A stretch of DNA of 64,000 nucleotides from Abditibacteriaceae bacterium (GTDB lineage: Bacteria; Armatimonadota; Abditibacteriia; Abditibacteriales; Abditibacteriaceae). The stretch lies in the NCBI GenBank assembly GCA_965277285.1, contig OZ255721.1, positions 3,296,001 through 3,360,000 on the forward strand, written 5' to 3'. Every line of letters starts with the position of its first letter. Position 1 is the first letter of the stretch. The position numbers and the translations under genes were made by a program. Shown here one piece after another: positions 38,018 to 48,006 of the stretch. The notes beneath the pieces are model-generated. The model was not told where the DNA came from. It made no database searches and saw only the letters and a program-made list of their open reading frames with translations.

Positions 38018-38431
38018 TCAACGATGCGCTTTGGGAAGAACGGGTTCTTCTTTCAGTGAAGATGTGGCCTCGTGCTCGTGTTGTTCGCGCGCTGTGATGT
38101 GGCACAAAATTGCGTCGAGTTGAACGATGTCAATGGGTTTGCGCAAAAACGCTTCGGCCAGACCAGAACGCGCTTCGATAGTCGAATAGGCTGAAGTGAG
38201 AATGATATGTGGCGCGGCAGGCAGTTTCTTGACTTGCGTGGCCAGTTGAATGCCGCTCATGCCCGGCATACGCACGTCGGAAATCAGGATGTCGAACTGT
38301 TGTTGCTGCAATTGCGCGAGCGCTGCTTCGCCGCTGGTGGAAACCGTGACAACGTGACCGCGACGCCGTAAGGCAATCGCTAAAGTCAATAAAATGCTAC
38401 CGTTGTCGTCCACTAAGAGTACATCTGCCAT
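38018..38431 (-). CDS. Single-domain response regulator (receiver)
   Basis: [20 protein letters not shown] and FLRKP. Confidence 0.9.
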   Translation of the reverse strand: MADVLLVDDNGSILLTLAIALRRRGHVVTVSTSGEAALAQLQQQQFDILISDVRMPGMSGIQLATQVKKLPAAPHIILTSAYSTIEARSGLAEAFLRKPIDIVQLDAILCHITAREQHEHEATSSLKEEPVLPKAHR

Positions 38432-38496
38432 AATCGTCGTCCGCGCATAAAAGTCGGTGTTCCCTCAATGGTGGAACTGTGCGCTAAACGACGCCC

Positions 38497-38513
38497 ATGC
38501 AAAGCCAATGCCG
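38497..38513 (-). promoter_or_regulatory. Putative sigma-54 (-24/-12) promoter
   Basis: Minus strand CGGCATTGGCTTTGCAT gives GG-N10-GC with TTGC, about 65 nt upstream of the receiver ATG, next to rpoN and an activator gene. Confidence 0.65.
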
Positions 38514-38570
38514 TTGCGAGAGTTTTCTCACAACGGCATTAAAAGGTGGAAAACCAATCGAGTACTCGAC

Positions 38571-38725
38571 TTGACAGCGAATGAATTCGCCGCTAAAGAG
38601 CGGATGCCACCACCTACTGCGTAGGTAACCGGCGGGCGGATCAACCTTTGTTGACACAACGCAATTGAAATTATGTCAAGTTTAGCTCGACACCTCTTTC
38701 TAGCGGCGAATTCATTCGCTGTCAA
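38571..38725. repeat. Element with 25-bp perfect inverted repeats
   Basis: ttgacagcgaatgaattcgccgcta (38571-38595) pairs with 38701-38725; overlaps the activator stop codon. Confidence 0.75.
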
Positions 38726-40119
38726 CTTTCCAATTGATGTTCTTTCAGTTTCTTGGACAATAGCATCGGAGTTAAGCCCAATTCCAAAGCGACGGCTTGC
38801 GTTTCGCCGTTGTGACGTTGCAGCGAATCGTTGATGAATTGGCGTTCCATGTCGCGCAATGAGCGAGCTAATTGCGTCGGCGTTCCTTTAGAAATCCCAT
38901 CGTGACTATGGGTTTGCACGTTGCGCTGGCGCAAGGCATCGGCGAGCAGCGAACCGCCCGTTGTTAATGCGAAATCTTCCGGCTCGACCCATTCTTCGCG
39001 GCATAATATGACAGCGCGCTCGACGACGTTCGCCAATTCGCGCACATTGCCCGGCCACGAGTACTCGATCAGCGCGCGCTTGGCGTCTTCGCTCAAGCCT
39101 TTGATGCTCCTGTTGGTTTTCTGCACATTCATCTGTAAATAATGTTCGACGAGCGGCAAAATTTCTTCGCGGCGGTCGCGCAACGGCGGCAATTGCATCA
39201 AAATAACTTGCAATCGATAATACAAATCTTCGCGGAAGGCGCCTTCCTGAATCCTTTCCTGCAAACGCTGATTGGTCGCCGCGATAATGCGCACATCGAC
39301 TTTCATGCCCGTATTTGAACCAACGCGTCGCACTTCAAAATCTTGCAAGACGCGCAGCAATTTCACTTGCGTCGAAGGCGTCGTTTCGCCGATTTCGTCC
39401 AAGAAAAGCGTGCCGCCGTCGGCTTCCTCGAACAAGCCTTTTTTGTTGGCGACCGCGCCCGTAAAAGCGCCTTTAACGTGGCCGAACAGTTCGCTTTCGA
39501 GCAGATTTTCCGGCAAGGCGCCACAGTTGATGGGAATAAACGGCGCGTCTTTGCGCTTCGAGTTCTGGTGAATGGCGCGCGCGATAAGTTCTTTGCCGGT
39601 TCCGCTTTCGCCTTGAATCAGCACGGCGGCATCGGTTGGAGCGACGCGGCGCACCATTTCGAGTACTCGTTTCATCGAATCGCTGGTGGCGACGATGCTG
39701 CCCGGCGTGAACTTTTGCTCGACTTCGGCGCGCAATCGCGTCACTTCGCTTTTGAGTTTCTGACGCTCGGTCGCGCGCGCGATTGCAAGTTTCAATTCTT
39801 CGTTGTCAATCGGTTTGGTCAGATAATCGATGGCGCCGCTTTTCATCGCCGCGACTGCGCTTTCGACGCTGCCGTAACCTGTCAGAACGATGACTTCGGT
39901 TTGCGGGTTGTTGGTTTTGGCGGCTTTGAGAACGTCCATGCCGTTGCTGTCGCCCAGGTTGAGGTCGGTGATCACGATGTCGAAATCATCCTGCGAGATT
40001 TTCTTGAGCGCGTCCTCGCCGTTGGGCGATTGCGCGAGCGTATGCCCCGCCTGCTTCAACAACGCCGTCAACGTCAAGCGAATCGAACTCTGGTCATCCA
40101 CCAACAAAATGTGAGCCAT
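38722..40119 (-). CDS. Sigma-54-dependent response regulator (NtrC/AtoC family: REC-AAA-HTH)
   Basis: REC domain; GESGTGKE, ESELFGHVKGAFTGA, LFLDEIGE, FREDLYYRL and WPGNVREL. Confidence 0.95.
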   Translation of the reverse strand: MAHILLVDDQSSIRLTLTALLKQAGHTLAQSPNGEDALKKISQDDFDIVITDLNLGDSNGMDVLKAAKTNNPQTEVIVLTGYGSVESAVAAMKSGAIDYLTKPIDNEELKLAIARATERQKLKSEVTRLRAEVEQKFTPGSIVATSDSMKRVLEMVRRVAPTDAAVLIQGESGTGKELIARAIHQNSKRKDAPFIPINCGALPENLLESELFGHVKGAFTGAVANKKGLFEEADGGTLFLDEIGETTPSTQVKLLRVLQDFEVRRVGSNTGMKVDVRIIAATNQRLQERIQEGAFREDLYYRLQVILMQLPPLRDRREEILPLVEHYLQMNVQKTNRSIKGLSEDAKRALIEYSWPGNVRELANVVERAVILCREEWVEPEDFALTTGGSLLADALRQRNVQTHSHDGISKGTPTQLARSLRDMERQFINDSLQRHNGETQAVALELGLTPMLLSKKLKEHQLES

Positions 40120-40290
40120 GTCTTTGCGTGTTTCCTCTTTCAACTTTCAACGACGGTTTCTCAACGACTTAACGTTCACATCTGCGGAAAATGTTGCTGC
40201 AAAATTCTGAATTTTGGGCTTAGAATTTACTTCATAGATTCCCGAGTACTCAAAAGTCTGCAGGCCATTCCAAAAGTTCTAAAACTTATA

Positions 40291-40362
40291 GTTTGTCATT
40301 CTGAACGCAGTGAAGAATCTATATGCAAAGTCAGATTCTTCGCTGCGCGCAAAATGGCGAAC
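40291..40362. repeat. REP-like palindrome, family B
   Basis: gtcattctgaacgcagtgaagaatct...agattcttcgctgcg. Confidence 0.65.
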
Positions 40363-40414
40363 TGCGAGTTTGACCGGTTTTCTATTTTCGGCGCGTTCTC
40401 AGGTCAAAACCATT

Positions 40415-41440
40415 TCAAACCGTCAAAACCTCATCTTGATGCACGTCATCTTGGGTGGCCTGCGAACCCGAATTTTCGCTGTCCGGCGCGTTCAGTTCGA
40501 TACAAACGCGCGCGCCCTGGACAGGTTTCGCCGATGTCGTTTGTCCATTCGAGTACTCGAAATGCTCGCGGCTTTCGCCTTCGTGGTGATGCACGTTTTC
40601 AATCGTGATGCGCCCGCCCGCGCGCTCGACAGCAGCCATAGCGACCGAAAGTCCCAGACCAGCGCATTCCGGCGTGTAGGAATAAAACGGATCGAAAGCA
40701 TGTTCCAAACCTTCGCTTGAAAAACCCGTCCCGTTATCTTCGACGTGAACGAGGCCACGCGTATCGAACGCTTCGCCGCACAAATGCAATGTGCCTTTGC
40801 CGTTCATCGCTTCCACCGCGTTTTTTACGACGTGATGCAGCGATTGACGTATCGCGTGTTCATCGCCCAAAGCCGGCAAAACAGCGGGCAAATTGTCCTC
40901 GATTTCAATCCCTTCGGGCAACGCTTTTTCCTGGCGCAACGCTCCCACCGTATCGCGCAAGGCTTTGGCCAGATCGAAGGAAGCAGGCGGTGTGGTGCGC
41001 GGGCGCACATAGTTTAGAAAATCGGTGAGGATGCGATTGAGTTGCCGCGATTCCTTGGCGATAATTCCCAGCAGCATTTCGCTTTCTTCGCTCACGTTCG
41101 GGTCGTCTTTCACCAGATCGGCAGCCGTCATAATCGAAGAAAGCGGGTTGCGCAGCGTGTGCGCGAGTCCGTTCGCCAAGGCGCGCAAATCGGGATCGGC
41201 GACTTTCAGGGGACGCCACATTTCCAAGCGCCAGCCTTCGCCTATGTCGTGCGACGTGATGTGTTTTCGTTCGGGTGCGTGGCCGTTGGCGCGAATGTTT
41301 TGCGCCAAAGTTTGGCCTTCGGCATCGATCAGGCGTGCGGCTTCGGGCATCGCTTCGAGCCAGGCCTTCATTTGATGGGTTGTCATGCGAGCACTCACTT
41401 GGGCGTCAAGTTCCGCACGCTGCATTAGCGCGCACTGCAA
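40415..41440 (-). CDS. Cytoplasmic sensor histidine kinase
   Basis: AHTLRNPL (H box), KNAVEA, DNGTG, FDPF and GLGL; start uncertain. Confidence 0.88.
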   Translation of the reverse strand: MQCALMQRAELDAQVSARMTTHQMKAWLEAMPEAARLIDAEGQTLAQNIRANGHAPERKHITSHDIGEGWRLEMWRPLKVADPDLRALANGLAHTLRNPLSSIMTAADLVKDDPNVSEESEMLLGIIAKESRQLNRILTDFLNYVRPRTTPPASFDLAKALRDTVGALRQEKALPEGIEIEDNLPAVLPALGDEHAIRQSLHHVVKNAVEAMNGKGTLHLCGEAFDTRGLVHVEDNGTGFSSEGLEHAFDPFYSYTPECAGLGLSVAMAAVERAGGRITIENVHHHEGESREHFEYSNGQTTSAKPVQGARVCIELNAPDSENSGSQATQDDVHQDEVLTV

Positions 41441-41550
41441 AAGCTATGAAATACCCGAAAACGATGCGTTGAGAGACAACAACACTTGATTCGAGTACTC
41501 GATGCAGAACGAAAACAGTTTGCGTTGGATTAAAGTTCGTACAAACCACT

Positions 41551-43008
41551 TTAATCGTAGCGACGCCGTTGTGCGGCGGGTGGAACTTTGAGCGCCTCGC
41601 GGTATTTTGTGACCGTTCTTCTGGCGATTTCTATGCCTTTCTTGGCCAATTCCGCGCTGATTTGTTCGTCGGAGTACGGTTTGCGCGGATTTTCTTCCGC
41701 CAGCAAGTCTTTAATCACTTCTTTCACGCTCAAACTCGAATCAAAAAACATTTCGCAGGGAATCACTTCACCAGCGGGAATCAAAGCGTGTTTGCCCGTG
41801 ACAGCGCGCCCGACCGTGCTTTCATGCAAGCCCAATTGATGCGCCACCGAAAGCCTTGTCAAAGGTTTCAGCGAATGCGTGCCTTCTTCCAGAAACTTGC
41901 CTTGCTCGCCCGCGACGGCTTCGATAATCAATTTGAGGGTTTTGCGGCGCTGGTTCAGGTTGTCGATGAATTCGCGGGCGCGCGTCAAATAAATTTGAAC
42001 GTGTTCGCGGTCTTTGCTGGAATAGCCAGTGGGATCGCGGCGCATGGCGTCCCATAACTGGCGATAAACCGCGTTGACGCGAAGCCCTAAACTGCGCGAC
42101 TCGCTGACCGTGACTTCATAAACGCCGTCTTTGCCTTCGATTTTGGAAATCGTGACATCGGGGCGGACGCGTCCCGCGCCTTGCGAACCTTGCGATTGCC
42201 AGGAGGGGCGATACTGGCGCCCGGGATAAGGCGTTAATCGCGTGCGAATGAAATCGGCGACTTCCTGAATCGTATCAAGCGGCATCTTCATTTTGCGCGC
42301 GATGTCTTCATAAGAATGGCGCGCCATGGTTTCCCAGTACTCGTCGATCAAAGTCAGCGCGAGTTTGGCGTGATCTCCGGCGCGGTCGCGTTCGTCCCAA
42401 TGGACCAGTTGAAGTCGCAAGCATTCGCGTAACGTCCGCGCGCCGACGCCGACCGGATCGAGCTGCTGAATTTCGCTCAGCACTTCTTCGAGTTTTTCAA
42501 TTGGAATGCACAAGCCTTCGGACAACGTTTCCAAATCGGTGTCGAGATAACCGTCGTCGTTGATGCAGCCGATCAGCGTATCGCCGATTTCGCGGTGTTC
42601 TTTGGAACAATTCAAGCGCCAGGCCCAGCGCAGATGATCGCCCAGCGTTTCGGGAGAAACCAACCGCGCCACGACATCATCAATTTCGTCGTCGGCGGAA
42701 TAAGCCGGTTTTTCGGTTGGCGCGGCTTCAAGTGCGAGGTCAGCTAATTTGTCTTTTGCCGCTTCGACGATTTCGTCTTCTTTGGTGAATTGGTAGCCAC
42801 ACTCGCGGCACATCACGGTCAGCATCGTCGCGCCGCACGCCGGACAAACGCGTTCGGCGGTGAGATCGAGCGCGGGATTTTCCTGCAATTCGCTGTCAAT
42901 GGCCTGCTCGAGTTCGACCGAAGGCTGCTGCAAGAGGGCGTAAAACGCGATCATTTTGGGATTGAGCGACTGCTCCATTCCCTGACCCATTCCAAGAGAT
43001 TGCGACAT
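41551..43008 (-). CDS. rpoN: RNA polymerase sigma-54 factor
   Basis: ELQENPAL, DDGYL, DPVGVGAR, LHESTVGR and RpoN box IARRTVTKYR; extra CPACG...CRECG. Confidence 0.93.
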   Translation of the reverse strand: MSQSLGMGQGMEQSLNPKMIAFYALLQQPSVELEQAIDSELQENPALDLTAERVCPACGATMLTVMCRECGYQFTKEDEIVEAAKDKLADLALEAAPTEKPAYSADDEIDDVVARLVSPETLGDHLRWAWRLNCSKEHREIGDTLIGCINDDGYLDTDLETLSEGLCIPIEKLEEVLSEIQQLDPVGVGARTLRECLRLQLVHWDERDRAGDHAKLALTLIDEYWETMARHSYEDIARKMKMPLDTIQEVADFIRTRLTPYPGRQYRPSWQSQGSQGAGRVRPDVTISKIEGKDGVYEVTVSESRSLGLRVNAVYRQLWDAMRRDPTGYSSKDREHVQIYLTRAREFIDNLNQRRKTLKLIIEAVAGEQGKFLEEGTHSLKPLTRLSVAHQLGLHESTVGRAVTGKHALIPAGEVIPCEMFFDSSLSVKEVIKDLLAEENPRKPYSDEQISAELAKKGIEIARRTVTKYREALKVPPAAQRRRYD

Positions 43009-43133
43009 AAAGCGCGAAGTTCCTTTCGATACGGCAAGTTTCGATGAATAATGACGACCTGACAAAAAAGCCTAACATAAAACCTTCGCGCATGACGGGC
43101 GAAGGAGAAGAGTTTGAAAACGGCTCGAGAAAT

Positions 43134-43250
43134 GGAACACGGAGGCTGCGCCCGCACGGATAACAACACGGATGAACACAGATCGAAATCAAACCAGCTA
43201 AAAATCCGTGTTCATCTGTTTGATCCGTGTAGGCGAAGCCTTCGTGTTCT
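43134..43250. repeat. Palindromic element, family D
   Basis: ggaacacggaggctgcgc...cacggat...atccgtg...ggcgaagccttcgtgttct; resembles the 29449 copy in inverted orientation. Confidence 0.8.
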
Positions 43251-43362
43251 CAATTCATTTCGAGACCTGGCAGATACGTAATCGAGTACTCGATTGCCGC
43301 GCCATAGAAGCGCAAGAGCGTTCGCGGGTTGCAATCAATTTAAGTTGGCGGGAACGTTTTCT

Positions 43363-46032
43363 TTAGCGAGCGGCGATTTCATACCACAAGGTTTGGTATT
43401 GCGCACCGATGGCAAACTGCAATTGTCCGTTTTTGATTTGCGACGGCACTACGACAGTTCGCGCGCCACGATTATCGAGCGCGTAAACCGTCGCGGTTTT
43501 CGCTGAAGTGCGCAACGAAATCTGCGCGGGAACGCCTTCGGCCATCGTTGGGCCAGTGCCCCAATTGCTGCCAACCGAATTGCGCGCCGCGTTCCAACCC
43601 ACGTTCTGGTTTTCCACGTTGCTTAACGCCGTCAACAGCAAAGATGACGAAACACCAATTGGCTTGCCGTCTTTGGAGTTCAGCGAAACCGTGGCGAAAT
43701 TGCGCGTTGTGGGCGACATCGAAACCGTGAAGCCGCTCAACGTCGCGCTTTGTCCGCCCAAGAAACCGACGATTGATTTCACGTTTGGCGCATCAACCTT
43801 GAACAACGCTTTCTGCGGCGTGGCGTTGTTCCAGGCCAGGACGTTTTTGCGGTTGGCATCGAGTACTCGATTGAGCGAAATGGCGCCGTTGCCATCGGTC
43901 AGGCGCAGGTTCATGCGTGTCGAAAGCAAGTCGTTCAACGTCCATCCGGCGTTTGTCCAGCGGCGCAGGACATCGCTGTCCCAAAAGTTGCCCGGCTTGT
44001 CGCTCGCCAGCGTGGAGACAACGGCATCGCGCGGAACCGTCAAAGTGCTGATCGAATTGTTGACCGGAACACCCTGACCCAGAAACATCAAGGCGGCAGC
44101 GGGCATGTTCGCCATTTTGTTGGGATCGGCATCGACATCGAAAAAGTTGACGATTTTGTTGCGATCCCAATTTTCTTGCTCGCTGTGATAATCGAAAAGG
44201 AAAAAGCCGTCCCAATCTTGCGCAGCAGCGTAGGCCGCCATGAAAGGCAAGGTTTCCGAAGCGTAATCGCTGGGCGCCGGATGATTGTATTCGGTCACAG
44301 TGAACGGCTTGCCTTCGACGCGATGCGCCGCCAAAAACGGCAAGGTTCCGCCGTTTGCGTCGCTCACCATCGCCGTGTTGCCAATCAGCCAATTATTTGG
44401 ATCCCACATCGCGCCAGGATATTGCGGATGTTGCCAGTAGGCATGATGATCGATCCAATCCATGCGCGATTCGCGGACGACGCCGCCCAAGCCGCCCAGC
44501 CACGATTGCGAACACGTCACCAGCGATTTGGCGCCCAAATCTTGCTTGAGGTAGTTGTACATTCCGACCGAAAAATCGCGCTCGACGCCCATCAAAAAGT
44601 CCACCATGTCGCGCCCACGCAACGAGTTATCAATTAGCGCCATTTGAACGCTGCCGTCTTCCAACCGTTGCGCGCCGATGTCGCTCGAAGCGCCGCGCTG
44701 CAACGACACATCGGCGATCCACAGTTCGCCGGTCGCGCCGCCTATGGCAAAAGATAAGCGGCTGTGGTTGGGAATCGGGTTTTTCAATGTGGCCGTGAGT
44801 TCGTAACGCTTCCAATCGGTCGACAGGTTAAAATTGGCGGCGGGCGAAAGTTCGCCCCACGGCGCTTCATCGCGCCCGATGTAGGCCGCTAAAGGTCGCG
44901 CTTTATCGGCTTTGGCCCAAAAGCGAATGGTGTAAATCGCGCCGTTTGGCAAATTCAAGCCGTTGTAATGAAATTGCTGCTTCCAATCGGCATCACCAAT
45001 CGAGCGAATCGAGAAATGAACGGTCTGACCGTTTGGCGAAGGCGTGTTTCCAGTACTCGAAATCGGCTCGACAGTTGTCGAATAATCGCCCGCTTGTTTT
45101 TCGTTTGACCAATTATCGAGGCCGCTGGCGAACTGGTTGTTCTGCAAAATGTTCGGCCCCAAACCCGGGCCCTGCCACGCAGTTTTCAAGCTTTGCGTCG
45201 AACCATATTTCTTCAGCAAATAGGTGTTCCAGCGCGCTTGCAACTGGTTCAGATAATACGGCGGATAATTGAGGATGCTGCCATTCCAGGCTTGTCCCAA
45301 AAGCGTGTCTTCGTTTGTGATTTCAATCAACGCGATGGTCGGATCGTTCGCCCACGTCAAGCCGGTGTAAGGGTTGAGGTGCGTCAGGAATTGGCGCGCG
45401 TAATGGCGTTGGTGTTCGATGGCGCGCTTTTCAAAATAGGAAACGCCTTTGTTGCTGTCGGGCAATTGATCGGTGTCGGGATAACCGCCCGCAGCCGTTG
45501 GCGACCACGCGACATGAAGATTCAAATCGACGTAAATGCCATTCTTTTTGAACTGCGCTACCAGATAATCGAGCGCATTCAGCGAAGACGGCGCGAGAAT
45601 TTCGTTGGGCAAATTGGCGGCGTCGCGGTTGGCGCCGAAGATGGACGGTTGTGCCCACGTCGCGTCCATGTGGTGCAGGCGCACGATATTGAAACCCAGT
45701 TTGTGCATTCGCGCCGCAACGGCCGCGGCATCGGCTTTGGAAAGAAAGTTGGCGCCCGCGACGAAGTTCGTCCCCAGAAAACGCACGCGCCGTCCCATCG
45801 TGTCATAGAAGTGACCGTTGCGCACGCCAATGCGACGCGCGTTCGTCAATGGCGCGGGATTGAGAAAACTCACGTCTGTCACGGTTTTGCTGGCGTCGTT
45901 CCACGGCATGACAAAAGGAAAACGCGCGGCTGAAACCGCTTGAGTATTGGCGACTTTCGCATTAAAAGCGCAACTTAAGGCGAGAGCAGTCAAAAAAGCG
46001 CGACGAAAATGGCGCGGGCACAATCCGTTCAT
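43363..46032 (-). CDS. Secreted clan-A glycoside hydrolase (GH5-like) with inserted CBM4/9-like module
   Basis: Signal peptide; RNGHF...RVRFLGTN, LGFNIVRLHH, EITNED (acid/base) and VTEYNH (nucleophile); internal YTIRFWAKAD...LSTDWKRY...LWIADVSL. Confidence 0.78.
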   Translation of the reverse strand: MNGLCPRHFRRAFLTALALSCAFNAKVANTQAVSAARFPFVMPWNDASKTVTDVSFLNPAPLTNARRIGVRNGHFYDTMGRRVRFLGTNFVAGANFLSKADAAAVAARMHKLGFNIVRLHHMDATWAQPSIFGANRDAANLPNEILAPSSLNALDYLVAQFKKNGIYVDLNLHVAWSPTAAGGYPDTDQLPDSNKGVSYFEKRAIEHQRHYARQFLTHLNPYTGLTWANDPTIALIEITNEDTLLGQAWNGSILNYPPYYLNQLQARWNTYLLKKYGSTQSLKTAWQGPGLGPNILQNNQFASGLDNWSNEKQAGDYSTTVEPISSTGNTPSPNGQTVHFSIRSIGDADWKQQFHYNGLNLPNGAIYTIRFWAKADKARPLAAYIGRDEAPWGELSPAANFNLSTDWKRYELTATLKNPIPNHSRLSFAIGGATGELWIADVSLQRGASSDIGAQRLEDGSVQMALIDNSLRGRDMVDFLMGVERDFSVGMYNYLKQDLGAKSLVTCSQSWLGGLGGVVRESRMDWIDHHAYWQHPQYPGAMWDPNNWLIGNTAMVSDANGGTLPFLAAHRVEGKPFTVTEYNHPAPSDYASETLPFMAAYAAAQDWDGFFLFDYHSEQENWDRNKIVNFFDVDADPNKMANMPAAALMFLGQGVPVNNSISTLTVPRDAVVSTLASDKPGNFWDSDVLRRWTNAGWTLNDLLSTRMNLRLTDGNGAISLNRVLDANRKNVLAWNNATPQKALFKVDAPNVKSIVGFLGGQSATLSGFTVSMSPTTRNFATVSLNSKDGKPIGVSSSLLLTALSNVENQNVGWNAARNSVGSNWGTGPTMAEGVPAQISLRTSAKTATVYALDNRGARTVVVPSQIKNGQLQFAIGAQYQTLWYEIAAR

Positions 46033-46222
46033 GGATGTTCTCCTGAAGACGAAATTTCTGGGGACGCATAGTTTACAAGCTATTTCTAAAGGCACGCGGC
46101 GCGTCGAAAGCGTAGCTTCGCGGCAGCTTGCGAAATGGTAAACTGCGACGCACTTTTGAAGTTGAATAAGACGTGCGAGTATCTTGAATCGAGTACTCGA
46201 TTGGTTGACGAGGAGGCCGTTT

Positions 46223-46606
46223 ATGTCGGTTTGCGTAACGCAGGGAATTAAAATCAGTGTCGAGCCGGTTTACGCGCCCGAACAATCGGAGCCGGAAAGC
46301 CACAAATATCTGTTCGCCTATCACATCACGATTGAAAACGAAGGCGAGCAAAGCGCGCAACTCTTGACGCGGCATTGGATTATCAAAGACGCCTGGCATC
46401 ACATCGAGGAAGTGCAGGGCGAAGGCGTCGGCGGCGAAATGCCGATTTTGGAGCCGGGCGCCGCCTTTTCTTATTCGAGTTGGTGTCCTTTACGCACCGA
46501 ATACGGCACGATGCGCGGCACTTATGGCATGGCGCGTCCCGATGGCGAACTTCTCGAGGCAGTTATCGCGCCTTTTGTCCTTATGCCGCCGTCGATGTTG
46601 AACTGA
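46223..46606 (+). CDS. apaG: ApaG protein
   Basis: YLFAYHITIEN, QLLTRHWII, VQGEGVGG and GTMRGTY. Confidence 0.92.
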   Translation: MSVCVTQGIKISVEPVYAPEQSEPESHKYLFAYHITIENEGEQSAQLLTRHWIIKDAWHHIEEVQGEGVGGEMPILEPGAAFSYSSWCPLRTEYGTMRGTYGMARPDGELLEAVIAPFVLMPPSMLN

Positions 46607-46857
46607 TTTGCCGAGCCGATTTTGAATCGTCAAATTCGGAGACATCAAAGCGTGCATCGAGTACTCGAACTTCGATGCGCGCTTTTGTCTTATTGGTATT
46701 CTGCCCCGCAAAAGCTTGCTCGATGTTGTGTTTCGCTTCTCGAACCTTTGTCTGGCACAAGGGAAAAGAAAGTTTGGCTGTCCCAGCGAAATAGAACTTT
46801 CTTAATGGCATTTCTGTGGCATAATTGAACAAAGCACACTCGCTCGGATGTTTCGCC

Positions 46858-47817
46858 ATGGCACACAAACTTTCTCCTGATGCTCGTTTGCCCGATACTC
46901 GGCAGTTGCCGTTCCTATTGCGCTTGATCGACGATTCCTCGCCGCGCGTGCGTGAACGCGTCGCACAACAATTGCGCGCGTTCGGCAATGGTCTGGAACG
47001 CGAAATACAAGCGCAAAACCTCGTTTTAACGACTTCGCAGCGCACCGCGTTGAACGCTCTGGGCTTGCGCGAAAAAGCAGTTGCATCCGCGCATTCGTGG
47101 CTCGAATGGCTGGGTCAGCACGACGAAAACGCCAAGCTGGAAGCGGCGCTGTCGCATTTAGCGCACTGGCAAAAGGAAGCGGAATCGCTGTCCGAATCTT
47201 CTGCCGAGTATTTGAACAACGAGTACTCGAACGAATATCTTAATGCCGCGCCGCGCAACCTCGATTTATTGCCGCGTTCGTTCGGGCGCAAAAAGCCGGA
47301 ATTAGGTGTCGCGCTGGATCGTTTGGCGCAGGATTTTCGCGCGACCGGACGGCCCTGGCATCCCGAGGCGCTGAGCGCGTGGCTTTTCGTCGAAAAAGGT
47401 TTGCGCGGCGACACGCGCGATTATTACAACGCGCGCAACTCGAACCTGCTTCATGTCATCCAATACGGGCGTGGAATTCCGATCAGCCTGTCGTGCATTT
47501 TTATTTTGGTCGGCGCGCGCCTGGGATTAGACATTCGCGGCTGCAATTTTCCAGGACATTTCCTGGCGCACGCGCGCAGTGGCGGCTTGGATTTACTATT
47601 CGATTGTTTCGACGCCGGACGCTTGCTGTCGCCCTTTGAAACCAACGCCATTCGCAAAGCCGAACCACGACTTTTAGAAACGCGAATGCCTTCGGAAGTC
47701 ATTGTTACGCGCGTGCTGCGCAATCTCACCGTCGCTTACGAACATTCCGGCGAGTTCGAGAAAATGCAATACGTTCAAGGCTTGCTCAGCGAACTCGAAC
47801 ACGCTACGGGACAGTAA
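46858..47817 (+). CDS. Transglutaminase-like (SirB1 family) protein
   Basis: DYYNARNSNL, GIPISLS, GCNFPGHFL and RVLRNL. Confidence 0.8.
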   Translation: MAHKLSPDARLPDTRQLPFLLRLIDDSSPRVRERVAQQLRAFGNGLEREIQAQNLVLTTSQRTALNALGLREKAVASAHSWLEWLGQHDENAKLEAALSHLAHWQKEAESLSESSAEYLNNEYSNEYLNAAPRNLDLLPRSFGRKKPELGVALDRLAQDFRATGRPWHPEALSAWLFVEKGLRGDTRDYYNARNSNLLHVIQYGRGIPISLSCIFILVGARLGLDIRGCNFPGHFLAHARSGGLDLLFDCFDAGRLLSPFETNAIRKAEPRLLETRMPSEVIVTRVLRNLTVAYEHSGEFEKMQYVQGLLSELEHATGQ

Positions 47818-47832
47818 TTACGGGACAGTAAT
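47805..47832. repeat. 14-bp tandem duplication spanning a stop codon
   Basis: tacgggacagtaat x2. Confidence 0.8.
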
Positions 47833-47913
47833 TAGGAAGCAGCGGCTGGAAGCAGTTCGAGTACTCGAACGCTTAGGCTTTGAAGTTCTCGCAAAAAAAC
47901 AGGTTCGACCAAT

Positions 47914-47948
47914 AAAAAAGCGCACTCAGAAATTGAGTGCGCTTTTTT
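47914..47948. terminator. Bidirectional intrinsic terminator
   Basis: aaaaaagcgcactca-gaaat-tgagtgcgctttttt between convergent genes. Confidence 0.8.
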
Positions 47949-48006
47949 CTTTAGGACTGCTTCAAGTACTCGAACTGCCTTCTGCCGCTGCCTTCTGCCC
48001 ACTGAA

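Noticed and set aside
37836..38105. N-terminal extension of SufB in the ORF track
   Set aside because: Overlaps the receiver gene; homology starts at MSTETQ
39343..40608. 421-aa plus-strand ORF
   Set aside because: Antisense shadow of the sigma-54 activator
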